In this document: positions 28,343 through 37,734 of the stretch, in pieces
Numbering within the stretch: the stretch's first letter is position 1
How the letters are laid out: each line of letters begins with the position of its first letter
Assembly (NCBI GenBank): GCA_965213685.1
Contig: CBDBZY010000003.1
Span: 1-64,000 of the forward strand
From: a bacterium
GTDB taxonomy: Bacteria; UBA8248
Length of the DNA stretch: 64,000 bases
Reading direction: 5' to 3'
Notes under the pieces: model-generated
Database searches by the model: none
Told to the model about the DNA's origin: nothing
The model's input: only the letters and a program-made list of their open reading frames with translations
Program-made: the position numbers and the translations under genes

Positions 28343-28863
28343 GCACAGTCGGGATCATCGAGGGTGGTGCCTGGGTGTTCGGGGACAACGTGGACACGGG
28401 CTACATCATGCCGGCGGCGTATGCGAGCCTGCCGGACGAGGAGCTCGGGGAGCATGCGATGGAGGGGATCGACCCCGATTTCGCCCGGAAGGCGCAGGCG
28501 GGCGACGTGATCGTCGGCGGCAGGAATTTCGGTTGCGGCTCCAGCCGGGAGACGGCTCCGCGCGGCATCAAGCGCGCGGGCGTCGGCGCCGTCATCGCCC
28601 GGACGTTCGCCAGAAACTTCTTCAGAAACGCGCTGTGCATCGGGCTACCCGTGCTCATCTGCGCCGAGGCGCGCTCCATCGCGCAGGGGGACAGGCTGCG
28701 CGTCGATCCGATTGCGGGGCGCGTGGAGAACCTCACGAAGGGCGAAACCCTGCAGGCCGAGCCGCTGCCCGACCACATCATGGACATGGTGAAGGCGGGC
28801 GGCCTCGTGCCGTATCTGAAACAGACGCTGGCGCAGGCCGCACCCTCCGCTATCAAGCGGTAA
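28339..28863 (+). CDS. 3-isopropylmalate dehydratase-family small subunit
   Basis: WVFGDNVDT, GRNFGCGSSRE, FARNFFRNA, GGLV. Confidence 0.92.
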   Translation: MSTVGIIEGGAWVFGDNVDTGYIMPAAYASLPDEELGEHAMEGIDPDFARKAQAGDVIVGGRNFGCGSSRETAPRGIKRAGVGAVIARTFARNFFRNALCIGLPVLICAEARSIAQGDRLRVDPIAGRVENLTKGETLQAEPLPDHIMDMVKAGGLVPYLKQTLAQAAPSAIKR

Positions 28864-28942
28864 CAGGTGACCGGCATGATCGCTCATGCATCAACGGAAT
28901 GAAGGCGGGTTGAAAAGTCGCGAGAACCGCTCCGCCCCGGTC

Positions 28943-28958
28943 GGGGGGGGGGGGGGGG
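28943..28958 (+). repeat. Poly-G tract (16 nt) merging into the RBS of the UbiA-family gene
   Basis: Direct count. Confidence 0.8.
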
Positions 28959-28967
28959 AGGCAACCT

Positions 28968-30440
28968 GTGTCCCGAGCGCCGTTGAGGCGTTCCGTCCCG
29001 GGCGCGGAGGGTGATCCGGTCCATCCGACGCCCCTGGTCGTCAACGTCGACGGCGCGCTGGTCGGAGGCGACCTGCTGATCGAAGGCGCCGCCCGTCTGC
29101 TCGCCGCCTCTCCCCTGCAGCTCCTCCGTCTTCTCTTCTCGCTCGTCGGAGGCGGGGGAGGACGCGCGGCGCTCAAGCGCAGGGTCGCGCAGAAGGTTTC
29201 GCTGGCGCCGTCCACGCTGGCGCTGAACCCGGCGGTGCTCGACGAAATCGCCGCCGCCAAGGCCGCCGGCCGCGAGGTCTGGCTGGCGTCGGCCGCCGAC
29301 GAGCTGGCGGTCGCGCCACTTGCCGAGGCCGTGGGCGCGGCCGGCTGTCTCGCCTCCGACGGGCGCGCCAATCTGGCCGGTGCGGCCAAGGCCGCCGCCC
29401 TGGTCGAGCGCTTCGGCGAGGGCGGGTTCGATTACGTCGGAAACGGACGGCGCGACCTGGCGGCGTGGAAGCGCGCGCGGTGCGCCGTCGGCGTCGGCCT
29501 CCCGGCGCGCTTCGCCCGGAAGGTGCGCGCCCTGAACGAAAACGCCCGGTTTCTTCCGGGGATCGGGAGTGGTCCGCGCGACTATCTGCAGGCGCTGCGC
29601 CCGCACCAGTGGGTCAAGAACCTGCTGGTGTTCGCCCCCCTCTCCGCCGCGCACCAGACGGAGGTCGGGCTGTATCTGACGGCGGCCGGGATGTTCGCGG
29701 CGCTGTCGGCTTGCGCGTCGGGCGCGTACCTGCTCAACGACCTGCTCGATCTGCCCCACGACCGCGGACACGCGAGCAAGCGCCGCCGTCCCATCGCGGC
29801 GGGGAAGGTGGCGCTGCCGCCGGCGATGTGCCTCGGCGCGATCCTGGCGGCGGGCGGGCTCGCCCTCGCCTTCGGGCTTTCCCGGCCGGGAGGGCTCTGC
29901 GTGCTGCTCTACCTGCTCCTGACCCTGGCCTACTCCCTGTCGCTGAAGCGAAAGCTGTTCGTCGACGTGGTGACGCTCGGCCTGCTCTACATGGGGCGCG
30001 TCTTCGCCGGGGGGATGGCGGTCTCGGTCCCCCTGTCCCCCTGGTTCCTCGCTTTCTTCATGTTCGCGTTTTTCTCCCTGGCCATCGTCAAGCGACAGGG
30101 CGAGTTGCAGAGGCTGCGCGAATCCGGCGGCACAGTCGTCGAGGGACGCGGCTGGTGCGTCGAGGACATTCCCGTGCTGACGGCGTTCGGCGCGGCGGCC
30201 GGCCTTGCCTCGGTGATCGTCCTCACCCTGTACATCCAGAGCGCGGAAGTGAGCGTGCTGTATGGCCGACCGGAGTTTCTGTGGCTGATCTGCCCGCTGC
30301 TGGTCTACTGGATGGGGCGGATGATGCTGCTCGCCCATCGCAGGACCGTGGACGACGACCCGGTGGCGTTCACCCTGCGGGACCGCGCGAGCTGGCTGAC
30401 CGGCCTGGCGATGGCGGCCGCGTTCGCCGCCGCGCTGTGA
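28968..30440 (+). CDS. HAD-like domain fused to a UbiA-family polyprenyl-phosphate phosphoribosyltransferase (DPPR synthase-like)
   Basis: PLVVNVDGAL (degenerate DxD), NL.GAAKA, FDYVGN; then RPHQWVKNLLVF, YLLNDLLD..DR.H..KRRRPIAAG, YSLSLKRK, DDDPVAF. Confidence 0.9.
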   Translation: MSRAPLRRSVPGAEGDPVHPTPLVVNVDGALVGGDLLIEGAARLLAASPLQLLRLLFSLVGGGGGRAALKRRVAQKVSLAPSTLALNPAVLDEIAAAKAAGREVWLASAADELAVAPLAEAVGAAGCLASDGRANLAGAAKAAALVERFGEGGFDYVGNGRRDLAAWKRARCAVGVGLPARFARKVRALNENARFLPGIGSGPRDYLQALRPHQWVKNLLVFAPLSAAHQTEVGLYLTAAGMFAALSACASGAYLLNDLLDLPHDRGHASKRRRPIAAGKVALPPAMCLGAILAAGGLALAFGLSRPGGLCVLLYLLLTLAYSLSLKRKLFVDVVTLGLLYMGRVFAGGMAVSVPLSPWFLAFFMFAFFSLAIVKRQGELQRLRESGGTVVEGRGWCVEDIPVLTAFGAAAGLASVIVLTLYIQSAEVSVLYGRPEFLWLICPLLVYWMGRMMLLAHRRTVDDDPVAFTLRDRASWLTGLAMAAAFAAAL

Positions 30441-32084
30441 TGGAACGCCGGCGCGCGACCGAAGCCATGTCGCTCAGCGCAGGCCTGTTGCCGGCGCGCT
30501 TGCGGCCCGACCGCTTCACCCTGTTGACGGCCGCCATCGCCGCCCTCGGCGCCGCCCTGGTGCTGGTGCGCGTGCTCCCCTTCGGAGTGATACTGAGCCC
30601 GGATTCGGTGGGTTACATTGCCGCCGCCCGGAGTCTGCTGGCCGGGGAGGGCCTTCTCCACTTCGCCGGAGAGCCTTATGGTTTCTGGCCTCCTCTCTAC
30701 CCCTTGCTACTGGCTGCGGCCAGCCTGGGGATATTCGATCCCATCGCCGTTGCCGGCCCCCTCAACGCCATCCTCTTCGGATTGACCGTGTTCGTCGTGG
30801 GGCGGTACCTGCGGCAACGCCTGGAGTCCCGGTTCCTGGCGGCGTGGGGCTGTCTCGCGACCGCCCTGGCGGTCCCGCTGACGCACGAGTCGTCGTGGGC
30901 GCTCTCCGATCCCCTGTTCATCCTGCTGGCGACCCTCGCCCTGATCCGGACCGACAGGTTCCTGACCGATGGCCGGCTCCGGACGCTGGTCTGGGCGGCG
31001 GCGTTCAGCGCGCTTGCCTGGCAGACCCGGTACATCGGGGTTGCCGTGCCGGTTTTCGTGGGATTGCTGCTTCTTTTCATCCCCCCCCCCCCCCCCCCCC
31101 CCCCGCGCGCCCAAGGGGCTAGGCTCCTTGTCCCGGAGGGTGAGATGCGTCACGGCCTACTCGCTGATCGTGGCGACGCCGATGGCGCTGTGGCTGCTGC
31201 GCAATTACCTGGCCTTCGGAAAGTTCACCAGGCACCAGCCGCCCGGGGACTATCCCGTGTCGATGATGCTGTGGGATGTTGTCGACATCCTGTGGAGCTG
31301 GGCGCGGACCAATCCCGCCGCGGTCCTGGCGCCGTTCGTCTGGGTTCTTGTTATAGCGCGATGGAGGCAATGGACTGTGGCCCGCTGGCGCCCCCTGTGG
31401 CTGTTCGGAGGCTTTGCGCTGACCTACATCGTCCTGCTCATCGCGATCATATCGTTTCTGGTCCGTATATATATGGGGGGAGGTCTTCAGATGAGGTTGC
31501 TCACCCCGCTGTATATTCCGCTCCTGATAGCCGGCGCGTTCGCACTGGACCGGATTCTCGGCCATGAACGGGAGAGGAACCTGTTGGGAAACGTCGGCAG
31601 CCTGCCGTTCTTTCGAACGATGATGCCGGGAAAGAAGGGAAGCGTGCTGGCCGCCATCGTGATGATCGTTCTCTCCCTGGGGGTGGCGAGACAGATGGAT
31701 TTGAACGTCTACCACGTTGCCAAAGCCAACCGCGGCGACTCGCATCTCCTTTTCAACGGGCGGCGCTGGAGCGGTTCGGAAACGGTGCGTTACGTCCGGG
31801 AAAACCTCGTGGGGGCGAAAATATACAGCAACGCACCGAGGCCTTTATTCCTTCACGCTGGCAAAAACCGGAAGTATGCGCCTTGCCATCACCTCCCGAC
31901 GTTGTCGACGTTGCGCGCCAGGCAGGATCGGTTCTGGCGCCAGGATGACGCTTACGTGGTCTGGTTCTACAGACCGTGGAAGCTGCGCCATCGCTATGAC
32001 GAGGCCGCTTTGCGGTCATTGCCGGGACTGAAGCCGGTGGCGGAACTGGCGGACGGCATCGTGTTCAAGGTGGCGGCATGGTGA
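30440..32084 (+). CDS. GT-C-like polytopic membrane glycosyltransferase 1, frameshifted at a C24 tract
   Basis: SPDSVGYIAAARSLLAG, WPPLYPLL, SDPLF, QTRYIG (ArnT/PMT-like); the frame changes at 31081-31104. Confidence 0.75.
31081..31104 (+). repeat. Poly-C tract (24 nt) inside GT-C gene 1
   Basis: Direct count. Confidence 0.8.
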
Positions 32085-32093
32085 GAGGAGGAT

Positions 32094-32109
32094 CCCCCCC
32101 CCCCCCCCC
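32094..32109 (+). repeat. Poly-C tract (16 nt) between GT-C gene 1 and the dprE1-like gene
   Basis: Direct count. Confidence 0.8.
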
Positions 32110-32265
32110 GAACCCGCATCGGCCGGCGTATGAATCCGCCCGCCGACACGCCATGACGGGTTTCGTGGGATCGGGCTCGGGGACGGCCTTGTGTCATGGC
32201 GCGTTCGCCGGCTGTGCGCTCAGGCGCCGGCCGTGCCGACGCTTCGCCTTCTGCGGAGCGGGAGC

Positions 32266-33597
32266 GTGAAGCTCTCCGGCTGGGGCCGGTATCCGGTGCT
32301 CGACTGCCGGGTCGAACGCCTGCGCGAGGGCGGGGCACTACCCGGCCTGCTTCGCCGCGGCGACGCCCTCATCGCCCGCGGCAACGGCCGTTCCTACGGC
32401 GACGCCGCACTCAACCCGGACCTGACGCTCTCCATGCTGGCGATGGACCGGATGCGGGCGTTCGACGCCGGGACCGGCCTCCTGGACTGCGAGGCCGGCG
32501 TGCTGCTCGCCGACATCCTGGAGGCGTTCGCACCGCGCGGCTGGTTCCCGCCGGTGGTTCCGGGAACCAGGTTCGTCACCGTCGGCGGCATGATCGCCGC
32601 GGACGTGCACGGGAAGAACCATCACCGCGAGGGCGCCTTCGGGGCACACGTCGAGTCGCTGGTTCTGGCCGCCGCGGACGGCGAGATGCGGGAGTGCAGC
32701 CGAACGGAGCGCGCCGACCTGTTTCGCGCCACCATCGGCGGGATGGGGCTGACCGGGGTGATCCTCTCCGCGCGCTTCCGGCTGCGGCGGATCGAGACCG
32801 CCTTCGTGATGGAGGAGACCCTGGCCGCGCGCGACCTCGACGAAACCATGGCCTTGTTCGAGGCGTCCCGCGAGTGGCCGTACAGCGTGGCCTGGATCGA
32901 CTGCCTGGCACAAGGCGCACAGCTGGGCCGTGCGGTGATGACGCGCGGCGCATTCATGGACCGCAGCGCGCTGCCGGCGCGACTGGCGTCGGCTCCCCTG
33001 CGTCCGGCGCGGGCGGGCAGGCTCGCGGTTCCGGTCGATGCGCCGTCCGTTCTGCTCAACCGCTTTTCGATCCGTCTGTTCAACGCGCTGTACCACCGGC
33101 GCGGGCGCATGCGCACCGGGGCGCGGCCGCTCCATTTCGCTCCGTTCTTCTTTCCCCTGGACGGGGTCGAGGCGTGGAACCGCCTCTACGGGCGGCGTGG
33201 ATTCGTCCAGTACCAGTGCGTGCTGCCCAAAAGCGAAAGCGCGGCCGGCGTCGCCGCCCTCCTGGAGCGCGCAGCCGCGTCCGGGCGGGGTTCGTTCCTC
33301 GCAGTGCTCAAACTCTTCGGCCCCGCCGGAGACGGGCTGATGTCGTTCCCCATGGAAGGCTATACGCTCGCGCTCGATTTTCCGATGCGCAACGGAGCGC
33401 TGGGGCTGCTCGACGAACTCGACGCGATCACCCATCGCCACGGCGGGCGGGTCTATCTCGCCAAGGACGTTCGCTGCACCCCCGAGCGGGTGCGCGAGGG
33501 CTATCCGCGCCTCGACGCCTTCGCGGCGGTCCGCGCCGAGGCGGCCGGGGCGCGGCCCAGGTTCGCCTCCGCCCTCTCGCGCAGGCTCGCGCTGTGA
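32266..33597 (+). CDS. DprE1-like FAD-dependent decaprenylphosphoryl-ribose 2'-oxidase
   Basis: LSGWGRYP, ARGNGRSYGDAA, VVPGTRFVTVGGMIAADVHGKNHH, YSVAWID, FFPLD, YGRRGFVQYQ, SFLAVLKLFG, GYTLALDF, GGRVYLAKD. Confidence 0.92.
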   Translation: MKLSGWGRYPVLDCRVERLREGGALPGLLRRGDALIARGNGRSYGDAALNPDLTLSMLAMDRMRAFDAGTGLLDCEAGVLLADILEAFAPRGWFPPVVPGTRFVTVGGMIAADVHGKNHHREGAFGAHVESLVLAAADGEMRECSRTERADLFRATIGGMGLTGVILSARFRLRRIETAFVMEETLAARDLDETMALFEASREWPYSVAWIDCLAQGAQLGRAVMTRGAFMDRSALPARLASAPLRPARAGRLAVPVDAPSVLLNRFSIRLFNALYHRRGRMRTGARPLHFAPFFFPLDGVEAWNRLYGRRGFVQYQCVLPKSESAAGVAALLERAAASGRGSFLAVLKLFGPAGDGLMSFPMEGYTLALDFPMRNGALGLLDELDAITHRHGGRVYLAKDVRCTPERVREGYPRLDAFAAVRAEAAGARPRFASALSRRLAL

Positions 33598-33617
33598 AGG
33601 AAGGAGACCATCTGACC

Positions 33618-35515
33618 ATGCCGCGCAACGCCGCCCCGAACGCTCTCCGGCGGGGCACCGGACGGATACCGCGGGCGCTGCTGGCCTCGTTGCTGGGCGG
33701 GCTGTTGTTCGTCCTGGTCTTCGGATGGGCCTATTCGGGCATCGAGGGCGAGCTCTACAAGGCGCGCGACGATGGCGTGATCACGATGAGCCATGCCCGG
33801 AACCTGGTGGAGTACGGGTTCATCGGGGTCAACCCTTCCGGCGGCCGGGTCGAGGCATACTCGGCGCCGGTGCAACTCTTCCTCTACGTCGCCGCGTATG
33901 CGGTCGCCGGCGTCGGCTACGCCGCATATGCGGAAGCGCAAACGATTGTTGCGACTTTTCTGCTGGGCGCGCTGCTGGTGCTGTTTTTCCCGGAACGGAA
34001 AGTCCTGGCCGTCGCCCTGGCCGGGTTGGCCGCAGTGTTCCTGGTCTGGATGCGGCCCTTCCTGCTGTGGCACGGATCGGGGATGGAGAACGCCGTCACC
34101 CACGTCCTCTTTCTGGCGGCCGTGCTGAGCATGGTCAGGCTGGCTCGGAACCTCGGGGGGGGGGGGGGGGGGGGGACTGGTTGGCCATCCCGATCTTCCT
34201 GGCGTCCGTCTCCCGCATTGACGGCATCTGGCACATCGGTCCCCTGCTGGTTGTTTTCGGGATGTTCTGGCGGGTGGCGTTTCGAGACTGGCGAGGGGCG
34301 CGTGTTTCCCTGCTGGTCCTGGGGCTGTGGGTCCTGTTCCAGGGATGGCGGTATTCGTATTTCGGCGACCTGCTGCCCAACGTAGCCTACGCCCGGGGCA
34401 TTTCCGTATACGACAATCTCCGTCCCTGGCTGGCGCTGAATTGGGGGCATATGGCCCGGGCGGTCGTTCGCGCCGGCTCCATCCTGGATTCTCACGGCGG
34501 TGTGCTGCTGCTGTCGTTGCCCGCGCTCCTGGTCGTATCCCCACGCCGGGAGTACACGCTGTTGGCGCTGCTTCTCGGCAGCCTGGCCCTGACCTCGGCA
34601 TTCAACGAGGCGGTTTTCGGCCGCGCGCTACTGGATGGTGCGAGAACGACCACGCACCTCGCCGTGGTCTCGGCTCTCGGGGCCGTCGCGCTTCTGTATT
34701 GCCTGCTGCGCAGCCGGCGAACCCGGTGGGCCGCTCCGGTGCTGGTCATGACGGGATTGCTGGCGTTGGGCATGAAGTCGGTCGAACCATATCCCATATG
34801 TTGCAAGTCCCTGCGCATCGAAGCCAATCGGCAGTATTTCGCCCGGATTTCGCACGCGGAGGACCTGCCCCGCGCCACAGTCGCCACCCCCGCTCTGGGC
34901 GTGACGAGCTGGCACAAGCAGTTCAACGTCGTGGACTTGCTCTTTCATGGTTCGCCCTTGATGGCCAAGCTGCGACCGCCACTCCGGGCGGACTACTTCT
35001 TCCACTACGCCGCTCCGGACCTCATTTACGCGCTCAGCGCTCCTGCCTGCCGCCGGGATGCCGAGATATTCTCCGACCCCCGGTTTGGCCGGCTATACCA
35101 ACCACTGAAGGTGTGGATAACGGATTGGACCAGAGAACACTGTCATGCCAACCCCCAGTCCCGGACGGGATTCTGGATACGCAGGGACATCCTCAAATCA
35201 TCGGGATCCGCTGAAAGGCGGCTCATTGAACATATGAAGACCGACTTGTCCTCCGCGCGGTTGCAGGACGAGCTCGGACGCTGCCAGGACATCGCCACAG
35301 GCCTTCACGACTGCGCCTACGTGGCGCGGACCGCCTACCGGTTCCTGCCGGAATTTGCAAGCCGGGGCCAGATGAATCGACTCGAGGAAATCTTCGCGGC
35401 CAGCCGTACCGCGCCCTTCGACCTCTACCTGATCACCGGATACCGGGACGCCCGGGCGCACCGCGCCTTCATCCGCTTCCTGAGGGAGCTTCAACCGGAG
35501 AAGGGACGGCGCTGA
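33618..35515 (+). CDS. GT-C-like membrane glycosyltransferase 2 (AftB-like N-terminal DD motif), frameshifted at a G21 tract
   Basis: RDDGVITMSHARNL..YG...NPSGGRVEAYSAP, SGMEN, SRIDG, RYSYFGDLLPNVAYA; the frame changes at 34155-34175. Confidence 0.75.
34155..34175 (+). repeat. Poly-G tract (21 nt) inside GT-C gene 2
   Basis: Direct count. Confidence 0.8.
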
Positions 35516-35680
35516 TCGCTGCGCGGCCTTCGGACATCGGGTGTGCCAGTGAAACGATGGGTCGAATGCCGGGCCGGCCTGCTGTCGATCCGGCATGGAA
35601 TTTCGACCGGGCCATCGGTAAGATGTCCGCCCGTCTCCCGGGGCGGCTTCGACCTCGTGGATCATCAAGAAGGCGACGCA

Positions 35681-35722
35681 CATGGAAGGCTATATACGCT
35701 CGCGCTCGATTTTCCGACGCGC
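35681..35722 (+). repeat. ~42-bp near-identical copy of dprE1-internal segment 33351-33390
   Basis: CATGGAAGGCTATA(TA)CGCTCGCGCTCGATTTTCCGA(C/T)GCGC occurs at both sites. Confidence 0.85.
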
Positions 35723-37734
35723 CCTGCCCGCCCCGCTGCGCAACGCGCTGTTCGCCATGTTCATCGGCGGCGTCCTGGCCTACGGAGCCAGTTTCGCCTG
35801 GTATCTTCTCGCCCGCTTCGACCTGGTCAACCTGCTCCGCGACGTCAACGGCGACGACTCCTTCTACTACTTTCAGATCGCCAGGAATCTGGCGGAAGGA
35901 AAGTTCTCGACCTTTGACGGCGGCATTACCCGGACCAACGGGTATCACCCCATCTGGATGCTACTCATCACGCCATTCTACTGGGTATTTGACGCCGAGC
36001 CCGCGTTGTTCGCCATCAAGGCTTTCGAGATCATGCTCATTGCCGGCGGCGTGACGCTCATCGTTCTGGCTGCCCGCGTAGCGCGGTTGCCCTGGATTCT
36101 GTTGTTCGCTGCGCTGCCATTTCTCTATGGTTACAGAGCCTTCTTTCGAGGGATGGAAAGCGCCGCCGCGTTGTTCATGCTTGGCCTGCTCTTCCTGACC
36201 ATGACTCTCTTTGCGCGGAATCCGGCCCGGTGGACGTGGCCGCTGGCCGCGGTGGCCTTCGCCCTCCCATGGGTCCGTCTGGAGTTCGCCGCCGTTTCGG
36301 TGGCGGCAACGGCGATGCTGTATGTTGTCGAGCGGCCGGCCCGGGACCGCTCGCCCTGCGCATCACCCGCTCTCCGGGCGTGTGTTCCGCTGTTCGGTGC
36401 GTGTTCGGGTATCCTCGCCTACTTCGCCTACAACTGGCTTGTCTTCGGTGGTGCTGTGCCAGTGAGCGGGGCGATCAGGCAAATGTGGTCGCAGAACCAC
36501 TGGAAGCGGGAAGGCGGGTACAGTCTCACGCAAAACTTCCATGATGTCCTGCAAGTTCCCGCCTTCGGCACCGGGCTGGCGGTGGCTCTGGGAACCTGCG
36601 TTTGCGTTCTCCTGGTTCTGTGGTCCACCCGCCGCGTCCGCCGGCGGGACGACAGGTTGCTCCTGCACTTTCTGGCGGCCGCATTCGGCCTGGCGGTGGG
36701 CCACATGGCGAAGTTTGCGCAGACGGTCCTCATGGTGGACCCCACCTGGGGAAGCTACGCGCACTACTTCGTTCCGGTGTATCTGATGGCGGCATTGATT
36801 GTGCCGATTGCATGCTATGTCGCGTTGCACCTCATTCGTCGCTTCGTCGAACCAAGGCTCGGCCGCGCGGCCACTGTCCCGCGTTTGGGTATCGTCGCTG
36901 CTGGCGCGCTCGCGTTGTTGATCCAGACGGACTTTACCGGCCCATTCCGATATGTTGACGGGGCAAGCGAGTCCTCTCAACGCGAGTGGGAGATCACCAG
37001 CTACCTGGGCGCGCAAGTGATGAACCGTGTGCTTCCCGGGGACAGCGTGATCGGGTCATGGGACTCTGGCGTCCTGGGATATTTCTCGCGCTTCCCGGTA
37101 GTGAATATGGACGGCGTGGTGAATTCCTACGACTACATGCAAGCGAGCAATGCAGCAAAGTGGGGGCGAGGTGAGCAGTTCGGGATTACCCATTTCGCCA
37201 ACGGCCGGCCTCGAATCATCCCTCCGAGGCGCTGGATCACCCACTTCGGGATTACCCATTTCGCCAACGTCGTCCCGGTCAGCCGACGCAAAAATACCGC
37301 ACTGTTCGAAGGGTTTCCATTTTTTCAGGGGTACGAACGGAAATTCCAACTCCGCCCAGCGTTGCCGCTGGAGGCGTCGTTGGGCGATTTCGACAAAGAC
37401 GCCTGGTTTTGGGAGCAAATGGCGCCTCACTGGGACTACGAGTCGGAGTCCGTCTCGGTCGTCGTCGACGGCAACATGGCGCAGGCGTTCTTCAAGGATC
37501 ATACGTTGGCGAAAACCCGTGACGAACCGTTGGTTTTTTCCTGGTTCACCGAGAAAGGAAAGCAATTCCGCGTTTGGCGCCCGTGGGAAAGCATAGGTGA
37601 GAACGACGGGGGGGGGGGGGGGGGGGGGGATTCTATCAAGCTTTTTCGATTTACCTAACGATGTCGCGCATCCCGTTCGGATCACGACAGCGCCAGCCGG
37701 CAGCGTCCGCCACGGCGCGGATGCTCCCCAATGA
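35682..37734 (+). CDS. GT-C-like membrane glycosyltransferase 3; as assembled it stops at 37658, with the likely true end at 37734 after a G22 tract
   Basis: GDDSFYYFQIARNLAEG..STFDGGITRTNGYHPIW, GMES, SWDSGVLGYFS, VNMDGVVNS. The +1 frame after the tract (ILSSFFDLPNDVAHPVRIT...) ends in an ATGA overlap with the next gene. Confidence 0.75.
37179..37269 (+). repeat. 25-bp perfect direct repeat TTCGGGATTACCCATTTCGCCAACG (37179-37203, 37245-37269)
   Basis: Encodes FGITHFAN twice, 66 bp apart and in frame. Confidence 0.9.
37608..37629 (+). repeat. Poly-G tract (22 nt) near the 3' end of GT-C gene 3
   Basis: Direct count. Confidence 0.8.
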
